This document shows, one piece after another, positions 30,456 to 46,728 of a DNA stretch of 64,000 nucleotides. The notes beneath the pieces are model-generated. The model was given only the letters and a program-made list of their open reading frames with translations, ran no database searches and was not told the DNA's origin. The position numbers and the translations under genes were made by a program. Numbering within the stretch: position 1 is the stretch's first letter; each line of letters begins with the position of its first letter. The DNA lies in contig OZ024743.1 in NCBI GenBank assembly GCA_964016885.1, forward strand, positions 336,784,001 through 336,848,000, read 5' to 3'. The stretch comes from Eledone cirrhosa (Eukaryota).

Positions 30456-30692
30456 TTCGTATTTCTAAAGAAATACGGTTTTAAGAAGCCGTAGCTATGC
30501 AATCACCGGGGGGGGGCTAACGCCCTCTGGTGGTGTCCAGCGGTGGGATTCGTCCTGATGAAGGCCAGTCAAGCCTGAAATGCATAGACGGTTGTCCCCC
30601 TTGCTTCTGCTGGACACCACCAGAGGGCGTTAGCCCTCCTGGCGTTTGCATAGCTATGGCTTCCTAAAACCGTATTTCTTTAGATATACGAA
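30456..30692. repeat. Fold-back element (~85-bp inverted arms) with a hammerhead in the loop
   Basis: 30456-30541 is the reverse complement of ~30609-30692; near (TA)n. Confidence 0.9.
30551..30590 (+). ncRNA. Minimal type I hammerhead ribozyme motif
   Basis: CGTC-CTGATGA-AGGC(cagtcaa)GCCT-GAAA-TGCA-TA-GACG; palindromic stem III typical of PLE hammerheads. Confidence 0.85.
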
Positions 30693-30719
30693 TTATCTAT
30701 ACATATATATATATATTTA

Positions 30720-30917
30720 GAAATTCATGGGGTGTAAAGAAAAATTCGTTATAACGAAAAATTTATATATAACGAAATTCATGGGATGTAAAGAAAAATT
30801 CGTTATAACGAAAAATTCTTTCAAAAGAGATCGACCGAAACAAATCCACTTGGGGATTGAAAAACATTTCGTTGCACTGAAAAGTTCGTTATAATGATAT
30901 TTGTTATAACTAAATTT

Positions 30918-30922
<5 letters not shown>
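30720..30922. mobile_element. Fragment of a TcMar/pogo-like MITE
   Basis: Repeated palindromic subterminal motif TTCGTTATAACGAA; ~54-bp direct duplication; TIR-like end. Confidence 0.45.
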
Positions 30923-31003
<81 letters not shown>

Positions 31004-31257
31004 GAGAGAGAGGGGGGAGAGGGAGAGCGAGAGGGAGATGTTCGCGGTCTTTCCTTTTTAACTCGTCAAATGCCTTGTATAACTGAGTGAGAAAGACGTC
31101 ACCTTAGATAATTCGACTCTTGCCTTTCTGAAGTGCGGCTTCCACAAATTTTTCAATGTATAAGTATATATACTTTTACATACACACACACATACACACA
31201 TACACACACACACATACAAACACACACACACATACACACACACATACATATACATAC

Positions 31258-31338
<81 letters not shown>

Positions 31339-31430
31339 ATTTACATATACATAAAGTCACAGATATATATGTGGCAACCGGTCACGTTGTGGATCAATGA
31401 AGAATTAATAAATTAAATAATCAGAGCAAT

Positions 31431-31867
31431 ATATCATAAATCATGTCCTTAGAATTATCAGATAAAATATATACCATTTCCTCTCCCAATTAGCATAATT
31501 AACCATATAAAAAATCAATTAGACCAGGCTATAAGAATAAAGGCTCCTATGAAGAAATATTTGATAAATAACCGAAAGCGGCCTCTTCGCGGTGACCCCA
31601 ATAGAGTATTTAATTAGGTGTAAGTTTAAACCTAATTGGGTATGGTTGACGGTATATTTAGTCAGTTTCTAGATGCTGTTGAAATGTTGGGTAAATACTC
31701 TATTGGGGTCACCGCGAAGAGGCCGCTTTCGGTTATTTATCAAATATTTCTTCATAGGGGCCTTTATTCTTATAGCCTGGTCTAATTGATTTTTTATATG
31801 GTTAATTATGCTAATTGGGAAAGGAAATGGTATATATTTTATCTAATAATTCTAAGGACATGATTTA

Positions 31868-31873
<6 letters not shown>
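31431..31873. repeat. Near-perfect ~180-bp inverted repeat with ~80-bp spacer
   Basis: 31431-31611 vs 31693-31873, only a few mismatches; ends in (TA)n. Confidence 0.92.
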
Positions 31874-31905
<32 letters not shown>

Positions 31906-31939
31906 AGATTTGAATGGATACAGTTTAGTTAAAAGGAAT

Positions 31940-32060
31940 TTATTGACACGTGTTTCTATAACAGTTACATAACCTGAAAACAGCTACTATCTACAAAGTA
32001 TTAGTTATGCAGACATTCAATATTTCAATGTTATTATCAACTGTCCTTTCATCGGAATAA
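31940..32060 (-). ncRNA. Hammerhead motif with CCGAUGA core and long stem II
   Basis: Minus strand TTATT-CCGATGA-...ACAGTT...AACTGT...-GAAA-CACGTG-TC-AATAA; second copy at 42215-42336. Confidence 0.7.
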
Positions 32061-32452
32061 TTTTACTGAGGACCTGTTTGGTTTTTATAGAGAATATTAG
32101 GAGGGAGAGGTGAAGTTGTTAGAAGAATAGTTGAGGGAGTGGTTTTTTGATAGCAGTGAGAATTTTTGGTGGCAGTGAGTAATTAATATATATATACGAT
32201 ATTAAACAAATGGAAACTAAATTTATAAAACCATATTTATTTCATTATACATATTTCAGGGATACCATATTAAAAATATGGCATGCCTTCGTCAGATAAA
32301 ATACAATATATAAGCAGTTTTATAAATAATTTTGACGTACCATAATATAAGCGACCATTAAATTAGGAGGCTGCCTTGGTAGTGAAGTGTTTATAATTAT
32401 TTAGTTATAGTGTTAAGCACAGTTAGAAAAAAGACGGAGAAAATATATATAT

Positions 32453-32738
32453 CTAAGGCGGGTAAAATTCCCGAGATCCATGGACGAGTTCTCTCCAGCG
32501 GTTTCTGTCCCTCATTATTGCTGCCATGTTCTGCGTCTCCAACAGACCAGTGTCTGTCCTTAGGGCATCAACATACGTTAACCTTGGTCTTCCTCTTCTA
32601 GTGTGTCCATGTAGGGGCTCCCAAAGGAGCACTGAGTGCAATGTCAACTCTGGATGTCGGTGAGCATGTCCAGCTAACCTCAGTCTCCTCTGTGTCACTT
32701 TTGAGCTGACTTTTGGGATGCTCCCATACAGCTCTGAG

Positions 32739-32740
<2 letters not shown>
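32453..32740 (-). mobile_element. RTE-clade LINE 3' fragment
   Basis: RRLRLAGHAHRH...LLWEP...RRGRPRLTYVD...RDRNRWR, a typical RTE C-terminus. Confidence 0.85.
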
Positions 32741-32795
<55 letters not shown>

Positions 32796-32845
32796 CATGC
32801 ATGCATACATATATATATGTATATAAATTCATACATACATACATA

Positions 32846-33455
32846 CATGGTGGCTGCCAACTCGTTTTCGAGTACGGCCACTACTTTATATCCATGTAGG
32901 AGAACCCCGACCGATGCGCTGAACGAGTGTGACTTTTTAGTCCAGCCAGCGACTTGAAAACTCTGGTACAAACACTACACTTGTGACAATTACTGACACA
33001 TAGTGCTGGGCCCATGGTACCATGTGACGACAAGTGCAGAGAGATCTCCAGATATAAAGCAATGCCTGTGCCGTGAAGCTTTTATAGTGAGCAAAGGCAC
33101 TGCACAAAGCCAGTCCCACTCTCTTAACCAAGATGATATTTACCAAAAAGAAGAACAAGTCAACATCATTGGATACCATCAGGGTTGCAGGTGTTATATC
33201 AGAGTTTTCCTTCTCCTAGAATTCTGCCTTGACAAAGGCTAAGGGGTCATCTCTCCCGGTGATTTTGGATGGCCATTGACTCTTAAGAGCTCCTTTGCCC
33301 TTTGACAGGTTTTGTTTTTAGTCCTGCAGGATGTCCAAAGTCACCCTCCTCACCAAGAAACCTTGGTGGGGTTGCCAGTTTAGTCGCCAACGACCCGACC
33401 ATGGGACAGGTTGTACTGGGATACATGTTACCAGTAGCACCAACTGGTGACCTGA
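32846..33455 (-). mobile_element. Short non-autonomous RTE derivative (5' UTR joined to 3' end), most complete copy
   Basis: 3' part encodes C2H2-like [23 protein letters not shown]; ends GGCAGCCACCAT plus (GTAT)n; same family at 49951, 51406, 53147, 54906. Confidence 0.7.
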
Positions 33456-33489
33456 CATATATACATACATACATACATACATACATACA

Positions 33490-33622
<133 letters not shown>

Positions 33623-33692
33623 TAGAAATATGAAATAAAACACACTCACTGTTTGGTTTGGGTTGGTTTTCACTTCCGTATATTTGATATCA

Positions 33693-33969
33693 CTATAGTT
33701 TATTTAGCTGGCAATCAATGTTTATTATTGATTGGCCAACAGTTAAAAGATATGGATATAAATAAATCTCTCTATATATATAGTCTCTCAGAGTTCTTGT
33801 GACATCATCAGTGATACTATACTATTTTATAATAGATAGATATCACACTGATGATGTAACAGGTGTGTGATGAAAGAACTCTGAGAGACTATATATATAT
33901 ATGCATGTATATTTATATCTATATTTTTTAACTGTTGGTCAAACATTGATTACCAGCTAAATTAACTAT
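33693..33969. repeat. Fold-back element with hammerhead-like motif at 33843-33886
   Basis: Arms TAGTTTATTTAGCTGG...TCTCTCAGAGTTCTT and its reverse complement; TCACA-CTGATGA-...-GAAA-GAAC-TC-TGAGA. Confidence 0.75.
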
Positions 33970-34125
33970 AGGGATATAAAATCAGTTGGAGATGGTTGCT
34001 TCTGACAGAACATGCTAGAATGAGAGTTTGATGACGTTGCCGTCACGACCCTCTTTGGAGCAAGTGGAAGAAGAAGAAGAAGAAGAAGAAGAAGAAGAAG
34101 AAGAAGAAGAAGAAGAAGAAGAAGA

Positions 34126-34225
34126 ATGGGGGAATACATGACCAAACCAACGGAGACACTTTTCGAGTAGAAGTTTATAGATTGAATCAATACAACATCG
34201 ACGATAAATTTCGGTGTTTGGCACA
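34126..34225 (-). mobile_element. Small RTE/LINE fragment next to (GAA)n
   Basis: NTEIYRRCCIDSIYKLLLEKCLRWFGHV resembles the LINE RLRWFGHV motif. Confidence 0.6.
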
Positions 34226-34672
34226 AAATCGACTGCTCCAACACACGAGGATTCGGCGGGGGCCCGTGTGTACGTACGAATGTTTGTATTTGTTTTTTTC
34301 TTTGTTCGTCGCCTCTTAATTTTTGAGTTACTTTTGACCGACTACCTTACTGATGTGGTAAAAACAAAGCAAATTTCCGTCGTCCACTGTACAATTGTTG
34401 AACCTTTGAATCGTAGGAATAATTTACAAATTTTAAAGGTTCCTGTTATGGGTTCCATTAAGCAGCTGCGTTCTTTCTCCAAGAATCCAAGTTCAATCAT
34501 ACGTTGGTCTGGGCATGTTGGTACATAACCTGACAGAAGTTATGGAAGTTGCACAAATGTTTTCATATATTTTCCCAGTGTAATCATTATTTACATTTTA
34601 CATTTTACATTTACTTACATCATAATCAATGTACATATATATGTATACATTTGTAATTTATAAATTAAGTAG

Positions 34673-34757
34673 CTGCGTTCTTTCTCCAAGAATCCAAGTT
34701 CAGTCATACGTTGGTCTGGTCATGTTGGTACATATCCTGCAGCTCAAATAATATTAG
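34673..34757 (+). CDS. Possible internal exon of the secreted precursor (or only the 15-nt microexon 34743-34757)
   Basis: Donor TTAG|GTATGA in phase 1 matches next exon; open frame LRSFSKNPSSVIRWSGHVGTYPAAQIIL; acceptors TAG 34672 (phase 0) or CAG 34742 (phase 1). Confidence 0.35.
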
Positions 34758-34979
34758 GTATGAAGTTGAACCTGTATTTTACGTACTAGACCTCTTCCTC
34801 ACCAATGCTTCGTAAATATCCTCCTCCTCTTGTATTATATCACTATATAGATTTCGATGGGGCTGCTGGCTTCTCTATCAGAGCATTTTTTTTATCTGTG
34901 TTCCCAAACAAGAACATCAGACAGCCTGTTTAAATATTAACATAACTAATTATTTCCTTTCACTTCAATATATTTCCAG

Positions 34980-35198
34980 ATGATGGTGCTGATATTTCGG
35001 CTATTTTGGAAAAAATGATAGAAAAGATCCAGGCTGATCGAATCGACGAGAATCATGGAGCAGATATCGATCCTCAAGATGAACAACTGATCACTGATGA
35101 TACTGAAAATAGTCAATTACAAAATGTAGAAAGAATGTTCTGTCATTGGAGAAGAAGTTATGGATCTTGTTGTGTTAGAATCAGGCGTATTGGATCAA
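34980..35198 (+). CDS. Internal exon: acidic propeptide and start of Cys-rich cationic domain
   Basis: Acceptor TATTTCCAG|, donor A|GTAAGT; 219 nt, phase 1-1; DGADISAILEK...NVER-MFCHWRRSYGSCCVRIRRIGS. Confidence 0.8.
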
Positions 35199-35778
35199 GT
35201 AAGTGTTATTTGCTATCTTTGCATTTCATCAAAGTTATATTGAAGTGTAGGGAAAGAACATTTAAATATCATTAAAAATATGATATTTGATATGCTAGAA
35301 ATAGCAATTAAGATTTCCATCATATTAAAGTCTGCTCTCTTGTCATTCGACTAATATATTCAAACTCCAGACCTGTAATACTAAATTCCTAATTAATAAA
35401 ATTTAGTTATTAGTTACTCTAATACACTAGAACAGCACTTCAAAGTAGCAATTTATCAATTAATAATTTGGAATTTAGTATTAAATTATATTTGCTTTGC
35501 TCTTTAACCAATGTTTATTATAGATTCTTACCCCCGTTAGAGATAGCTGTAAAGAATTCTCTCGGCATCCACAGGTCAGATTGTCATCTTACCCCCTCAC
35601 CTTTGTTCCACAGGCTAGTTCAGCCACCCCCAGCCCCACCCGCCGCTATGAAGGAATTTAACTATATATTCAAAATCTTTGACCACACCCCGTGACAGAA
35701 AAGAAAAACAACAATTTTTAAAATTGTTTGATATGACACTACTGCTATGTTCTCATTACATGCCCATATATGGACTGT

Positions 35779-35874
35779 ACTCCTTGAAAAGTTCAGTTAG
35801 ATTGCTACCGTCCTAACACTACTGGGTTAGTTCAGATCTAGCTGTCGAAACGGCCGGAGCTCAGCCGTCGGGGT
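35779..35874 (+). ncRNA. Type I hammerhead with U3-A8 core (UUGAAAA) and full stem III
   Basis: ACTCC-TTGAAAA-G..CAGTTAGAT/ATCTAGCTG.C-GAAA-CGGC(loop)GCCG-TC-GGGGT; predicted cut after C35869. Confidence 0.8.
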
Positions 35875-35880
35875 CCTGAC

Positions 35881-35934
<54 letters not shown>

Positions 35935-36067
35935 TGTGTTTGTGTGTGTATGTGTGTGTGTGTGTAAAAGCCCGACCACGTCCCGGGTTTCGGGATTTTA
36001 CATATCTTTGTACCCACTCAACATCTCCCCATATCGAGTACTCAAACGATTAATGATCTCCTTGGTC

Positions 36068-36356
36068 CTCTCAGCATTAATTTATAAACTAATCTGAGTG
36101 TAAAATGCATGTGACTTGAGTTGCATGCAAATTATCTGAAAAAACTTAACCCCTTTGATTGAGATAGTTACCAACGGAGATCGTAGAATGTTTACCTCAA
36201 ACAGACATTTACATACCAAAAGTTGCCTCCCTCTATCGCCCAGAGGTAAACATTCCACGATCTCATTCAATGGGGTTAAGTTTTTTTGATAATTAGCATG
36301 CAACTCAGGTCACACACATTTTAAACCCAGATTAGCTTATGAATCACGGCTGAGAG
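36068..36356. repeat. Older degenerate inverted-repeat (MITE-like) element
   Basis: ~130-bp imperfect arms, e.g. GAGTTGCATGC/GCATGCAACTC, AAAAAACTTAACCCC/GGGGTTAAGTTTTTT, TGTTTACCTC/GAGGTAAACA. Confidence 0.75.
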
Positions 36357-36589
36357 ATAAAAAAAACTCCGGAATTACCTCCCATCTACACGAAAAGCAG
36401 CTCTTTGCTGTTGAAAACAAAATATAGTCGGCTAAAGGGTCTTTTTCGTTTTTCATAATTTTTCCAAGCGCCCGATGAGAGGCCACTTTCAAAGAAGATA
36501 ATCCACGATACAGTGGCTATAATATGACCCAGAAAACTAAGGTCACAAATACATGTTAATTGTATGAGATTTTAGTTATGATAAAAAAT

Positions 36590-36900
36590 AAACTCTCTTG
36601 CGATATATATAGTCTATCAATGTGCGTCTACTTGGCTTTAGGATGTCGGTCCACATCATCATGTGAGCGTTGAGGATCTTTTCTCTTTCCTCATGTGTCT
36701 GTGGTTTTGTTTTGCTTGTGTTGAGGATGTGGGGTTGCATAGTCTTGATGTAGTTTGGCATGCTGTCTATTGACATCCTACCGGATTTATCTCTAGATAG
36801 ACACACTACTTCACCATCCCTTGTGCTCTGTATGAAGCTAAGTAGGCCTCCTGCAGGTTTTCTTCCAAGTTGTTGAATTTCTGGTCTGTTTTGTCTCCTA
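36590..36900 (-). mobile_element. Possible Penelope-like RT N-terminal fragment
   Basis: GEVVCLSRDKSGRMSIDSMPNY resembles the PLE DKG motif region; weak. Confidence 0.35.
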
Positions 36901-37295
36901 GTATATTGTTCTACTACCTGTCTAAGTTTATTTCTAGCTATGGTAAACTGTGCCTCTGTTTCGTGATCTATTTGTTGTGGTATAAAAACCCTTTTATTAA
37001 AGGGTAATTTAGTGACGTCAATTTTTGTTCATCTTGTATGTTTTTCTCAGGTTCTCTAAGGGTTTGTCATTAAATCTACCGTTATAATTGTGTGTACTAT
37101 TGTTGTTGTTATAGTTGTTGTTTTCTCTACTATTAACGTTGTTATTGTTATTTCTATTATGGTTGTTACATGTTAAATCTATTGCTGTTGTTGTTGTTGT
37201 TGTTCTCTTTATTGTTATCGTTGTTGTTACTGCTATTTCTATTATTGTGGTTGTTACATGTATTGTTGTTAGGTTTATTGCTTTTATTATTATAG

Positions 37296-37490
37296 CAGGG
37301 CGGTGGATTGGCAGTATCGGTAGAGGGTCGGACGCCATGCTTTGAAGCATAGAGTTACCTCCCTTTATGATCTGAGTTCAAATCCCGCCGAGGTTAACTT
37401 TGCCTTTCATCCTTACGGGGTCGATAAAATAAAGTACCAGTAATGTACTGGGTAATTGCTGGCCTTGCGCTAAAAGTAGAAACAATTATT
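37296..37490 (+). mobile_element. tRNA-derived SINE (octopod-type)
   Basis: A box TGGCAGTATCGG, B box GAGTTCAAATCCC, core GCCTTTCATCCTTACGGGGTCGATAAAATAAAGTACCA, (ATT) tail. Confidence 0.88.
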
Positions 37491-37559
37491 ATAGGTGTTA
37501 TTTCTATAGTCAAAGTTATTGTTTATGTTACCCCTTTCGATGTGATTATTATTGTTCGT

Positions 37560-37750
37560 AGGGCAGTGGATTGGCAGTATTGGTAGAGGGTCGGACGCCA
37601 TGCTTTGCAGAGTTACGGCCCTTTATGGTCTGAGTTCAAATCCTGCCGAGGTTAACTTTGCCTTTCATCCTTACGGTGTCGATAAAATAAAGTACCAGTA
37701 ATACACTGGGATAATTGCTGGCCTTGTGCCAAAAGTAGAAATAATTATTT
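37560..37750 (+). mobile_element. Second adjacent SINE copy
   Basis: Closely similar to 37296-37490. Confidence 0.88.
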
Positions 37751-37888
37751 TTGTTGTTCGTATTGTTGGTATTTATGTTTACGCCCCAACAGATTTTAGT
37801 GAAAGATTTTTCAATTTTCGACAACTGTCGTACTGGATTTACCTTGTTGTATAACGTGAACTATATACCTACACACACACACATATAC

Positions 37889-37942
<54 letters not shown>

Positions 37943-38048
37943 GTAAGTTGTAAGCTCTAATTCATATGAATTATCGAGCGCTTGCCGCACAACTCGGAAG
38001 TGTTTATCGTCAATTCCTGAGCCGAAATTCGATTCTCGCTAATTTTTA

Positions 38049-38123
<75 letters not shown>

Positions 38124-38126
<3 letters not shown>

Positions 38127-38510
38127 AAAAAGTAGGACCCCGACGGCAGAGCTCAAGCCGTTTCGACGGCTATTTCTGGACTAAATTAGAATTTTTAGCC
38201 TGGTGAATAAATAGCCGAACTTTTCAAGGGGGTACTTCCTTATATGGGAAGATTGTAGATGTCAAGAGGATTGGTTAAAATTTGTTGTAAACACAAATAA
38301 GTCTATCATGGCATTTGGTGGGAGGTAGGGGTGGATGAACTTGCCTGTAAAACAATAGGGGTGTGAGTGGAGCGGTCAAGCGTTGAAAGTGATATGTATA
38401 CATCAGATTCTAAGGATAGTGTAGGAAGTGGGGGAGGGAGGTTATAGAATAGGTAAATCGAAAGAGAGTAAGAGACAATAAAAGAAACTAGAAAGAAATT
38501 TTTTAAAAAT
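38124..38510 (-). mobile_element. Small (TA)n-embedded PLE-associated element carrying a UUGAAAA hammerhead (38137-38234)
   Basis: Minus strand CCCC-TTGAAAA-G..CGGCTATTT/AAATAGCCG.C-GAAA-CGGC..GCCG-TC-GGGG; 38385-38510 recurs inverted at ~42775-42905. Confidence 0.75.
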
Positions 38511-38537
38511 ATATATATATATATATATATAATTCAC

Positions 38538-38891
38538 AAGAATCAAAGCTATGTTCAAAGCATTTATTCACTTACAATTGTTTCATCCAAACCTAGGCTT
38601 GATGTCTTCGGAGCATTTTTCAATGTTTGTACATATAATTGACCTCCTTTCCAACGCAAGAGACATACAGATACATATATATATATATATATATATATTG
38701 ATGTACAGTATATATGTCACTCCAGTGTACATCAATATATATATATATATATATGTATCTGTATGTCTCTTGCGTTGGAAAGGAGGTCAATTATATGTAC
38801 AAACATTCAAAAATGCTCCGAAGAGTCCAAGCATAGGTTTGGATGAAACAATTGTAAGTGAATAAATGCTTTGAACATAGCTTTGATTCTT
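38538..38891. repeat. Fold-back element (~170-bp arms); each arm has a CCGAAGA hammerhead motif followed by AATAAA
   Basis: 38814-38860 TGCT-CCGAAGA-GTCCAAGC(atag)GTTTGGAT-GAAA-CAATTG-TA-AGTG. Confidence 0.85.
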
Positions 38892-39053
38892 TTGAATGCC
38901 CTTTAGAACAACTGATGTTATTATATTGAGCTATTTATCTTACTGGTAATAAGGTAGTAATAAATTACTGACCTTCACTGTTTAAGATTTAAAATATACA
39001 TAGCTATAAAAAGTTTAATATATACATAACCATAAATAGTATCCTTAATATTA

Positions 39054-42067
<3,014 letters not shown>

Positions 42068-42176
42068 TATTTTCCGTAGTGTTGTAATATAAATATTACA
42101 CACAGTAGATGGACAGCTCACGTAGAGTTTGCTCGACGGTTCCAGTTGTAGTTCCAAAAGTAATCCGGAGAAAAAT

Positions 42177-42541
<365 letters not shown>

Positions 42542-43368
42542 GGAATAGAATGAAACGAAATTTAATTTCTCACTCTTAGTACCGCAGTTACTTAAAGTAT
42601 GTAAGTATGTATGTATGTACACGTACATACATATATGTATACAGACGTACAATAGTATGTATATATATACATACATGCACATATATATATATGCTCGTAT
42701 CTGTTTACGGAACACTTATTATAATGCTCGGTTTGTTTGTTTCTCACTCTTAGTACGGCAGTGAGAAATGAAATATTTTTTTTTCTTTCTAGTATCTTTT
42801 ATTGTCTCCTACTCTCTTTCGATTTACCTATTCTATAACCTCCCCCCCCCCCCACACACTTCATACACTATCCTTAGAATCCGATATATACATATCACTT
42901 TCAATATAAATGATGTATACATATCACTTTCATTTATAAATGAACACTGGCGAGAGCTTCAAGATAGTAAAGAATCATATGTACTCTACCAACATGCTAA
43001 AATAGAATATAAGGGTAAATTAAAGTACATAGAAATAAAAATAGAATCTACATACAGAAAAGACGCAATGTTTAGATAAATCACAGAGGCAATAGACATA
43101 AATTAACTCCAACCAAAATTAAATAGAAAGCATGAATGGAATAGTAACATCACAACTTACAATTAAGGACAAAATGAAAACACACACACACACATAGAAC
43201 AAACAACCAACCAGTAACATGTAAATAAACAAATAAATAAACAAATATAAACACACACACAGACACCCGGATGTAACACATGCGCAAAATAAGCACACAA
43301 CACACACAAAAACAAGATGGCGTAGGACAGAACAAAGGAGAGGCACAAAAACAAAGAAAAGAATCCCC

Positions 43369-43413
43369 TGTCACTGAAGAGGTCAAAGAATGTGCGACGA
43401 AAGAACTTTGACA
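43369..43413 (+). ncRNA. Minimal hammerhead motif
   Basis: TGTCA-CTGAAGA-gGTC...GAC-GAAA-GAAC-TT-TGACA. Confidence 0.65.
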
Positions 43414-43564
43414 ATATATGAACAATCGTCTGGTTGTGGAATCAACCAACCAACCAACTGGAAATTTATAAATTCCTGAATTTATAAATTTAATTTATAA
43501 TAAATTGAAGTGAAAGCAACTGGTGCGTGTGTTTCTTATTGGCAACATGACCCTCCCAAAGTAT

Positions 43565-43641
<77 letters not shown>

Positions 43642-43720
43642 TGAATATATGAGCGGGATGAACGCCGATACAAGTATACATGTGTTCGAATACAGAGCTG
43701 ACATATCTAAGATCTGACTA

Positions 43721-43776
43721 ACTGCCTGATGAGGTCATAGCCATTCAATGGCTATCATAGAAATATATATACCAGT
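43721..43776 (+). ncRNA. Minimal hammerhead motif (slightly decayed) followed by AATAAA and (TA)n
   Basis: ACTGc-CTGATGA-..ATAGCCAT(tca)ATGGCTAT..-GAAA-TATATA-TA-cCAGT. Confidence 0.65.
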
Positions 43777-43817
43777 AAATAAAGGATTATGAGTCCATGC
43801 AATTGACTTATGTTTCG

Positions 43818-43905
<88 letters not shown>

Positions 43906-44024
43906 AGAGCCACAACGACCAGGTCATTCTACTCAATGGCTTAAGAGGCCGGCTGCATAATTGAATACAAATCGAATATTATTATTAATATTCGAAAAAC
44001 TCAGATTGACGTTTCATATATAAT

Positions 44025-44170
44025 AATTGTTTCTACGTTTGGCACAAGGCCAGCAATTACCCAGTGCATTACTGGTACTTTACTTTATCGACCCCGTAAG
44101 GATGAAAGGCAAAGTTAACCTCGGCGGGATTTGAACTCAGAATGGCAAGGGCCGTAACTCTATACGTCAA
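44025..44170 (-). mobile_element. 5'-truncated tRNA-derived SINE
   Basis: Same family as 37296-37490. Confidence 0.85.
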
Positions 44171-44344
44171 GCGCGACTCTGCAACCAAAGGTTCGTGGGA
44201 ACTCTGCTGTGGTTATTAAACTCTGCTTAATTGTACGCTTCTATACTTACTGGAATCTACTTTTAATGATTATAATTGTAATTCAATAAAATGAAATAAC
44301 TGAAATGTGTAATTCTTTTATTTTCTTTTTTTTTTCTTTTGCAG

Positions 44345-44431
44345 TATGTATTGGAATGCAGATTCGAAGCGGCGGAACAATGCTAATTTCAATTAGGTAC
44401 CGTGGTAAAACATTATACAGGAGAATATTCC
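44345..44431 (+). CDS. Internal exon of DUF4773-like cationic domain
   Basis: Strong polypyrimidine tract plus GCAG|, donor C|GTGAGT; 87 nt, phase 1-1; (I)CIGMQIRSGGTMLISIRYRGKTLYRRIF. Confidence 0.85.
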
Positions 44432-44789
44432 GTGAGTAACATTTCTTTATAATCGTGAATACAATCTTGTTTATATATTTATTTTGTTAGATTTTTGAAA
44501 TTGAGAGTTTAAATAGATTTTCTTATATTTCGGGATGACCAAGTTGCTAAAGAAAAACACACATACTATTTGATTAGATCGTCACAGTTGTGTTATTTTG
44601 TGTGTGTGTATATATATATATATATCATCATCATCACCGTTTTATGTCCGAATACATCTTTTTGTTGGTGTGACGTTTGAGGAACCAAACAAAAGAGAGC
44701 ATAAGAAACACGTCCGGTCTGGGCTGCAGCAGACCGGAAATTATTGGAATGGACACACTCTAGACATATTCCATAATGGCACCTTTCGT

Positions 44790-44945
44790 ACTCTATCACT
44801 TAAAATGACGGTTGATACGAACATTAGCAATGCAAATTTCCTTGATGTAAACAGACCTAACCAGAACTTTATATAAACCATACGAACATAAACCTAACGA
44901 AAACTTAAAATATATCAATAAAACCTCATGCCACCCACACTAAAT
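44790..44945 (+). mobile_element. PLE RT thumb fragment
   Basis: LKMTVDTNISNANFLDV...KPNENLKYINKTSCHP, homologous to the Hydra-like PLEs in this window. Confidence 0.7.
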
Positions 44946-45308
44946 AATACAGAAGACTTTCTATACTATTCAACTCCATACCTTGATAAATATTACCATC
45001 TCTATATTACATACCACTAAATGATATCATATATCTGCTATAGTGCACGAGTTCACCTGCTTTGCTATTTCAAATTTATACCTTTGAGTTATTTCTCTTT
45101 CTTATATTACATTTTCCAGAACATGCATTATGACATGCTATACATTTAACGGTATCTTCAAGCTCGTCTAAGCGGCTGAAGATTATGTCACAAATTTGCT
45201 CCTTCTTAGAATCTGGAGTTATGGTCAATATTGAGCCTTGAAACCTTAGGTAGTCTCAACATAAATATATAATACAATATATACGGTGTCTCAACATAAA
45301 TATATAAT

Positions 45309-45368
<60 letters not shown>

Positions 45369-45408
45369 GAGATGTGAGAAAAACCACAGACCCACCATCT
45401 CAACTCTA

Positions 45409-45444
45409 CTTTTGAAAAGCAGAACAACTGCGAAACCGATAAAG
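45409..45444 (+). ncRNA. Minimal hammerhead motif with UUGAAAA core
   Basis: CTT-TTGAAAA-GCAG(aacaa)CTGC-GAAA-CCGA-TA-AAG. Confidence 0.55.
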
Positions 45445-45520
45445 AAACCAAATAAATATATATATTTTTAAAAAAATAAGACTCCAGTCAGTTGCATTTT
45501 CGATTTCATCTTGTTTTCTT

Positions 45521-46372
<852 letters not shown>

Positions 46373-46397
46373 ATATATATATATATATATATATATG

Positions 46398-46689
46398 CAT
46401 GTGAGTGTGTGTGGGTGTGTGTGACCGTATGTGTATGAATGTCTGTGTGCGTCTGTTTGTGTGTGTCTGTGTGTATCTGCGTGTGTGTGTGTGTCTGTAT
46501 CTGTGTGTGTGTGTGTCTGTGTGTGTGTGAGTGTCTCTGTGTGTCTGTGAGTCTGTGTGTGTCTGTATGTGTGTGTGCGTGTCTCTGGGTGTGTGTATCT
46601 GTGTATATCTGCGTGTATATGTCTGTGTATGTGTGTGTGTCTGTGTATGTATGTGTGTCTGTATCTGTGTGTGTGTCTGTGTCTGTGTA

Positions 46690-46728
<39 letters not shown>

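Noticed and set aside
35145-35198. Alternative acidic frame ECSVIGEEVMDLVVLESGVLDQ in the 34980 exon
   Set aside because: Needs a frameshift and is phase-incompatible with the next exon; the Cys-rich frame joins cleanly
36385-36530. Partial hammerhead-like strings (CGAAAA GCAGC/GCTGT; CCGATGA GCCACT/AGTGGC)
   Set aside because: Core or stem I incomplete
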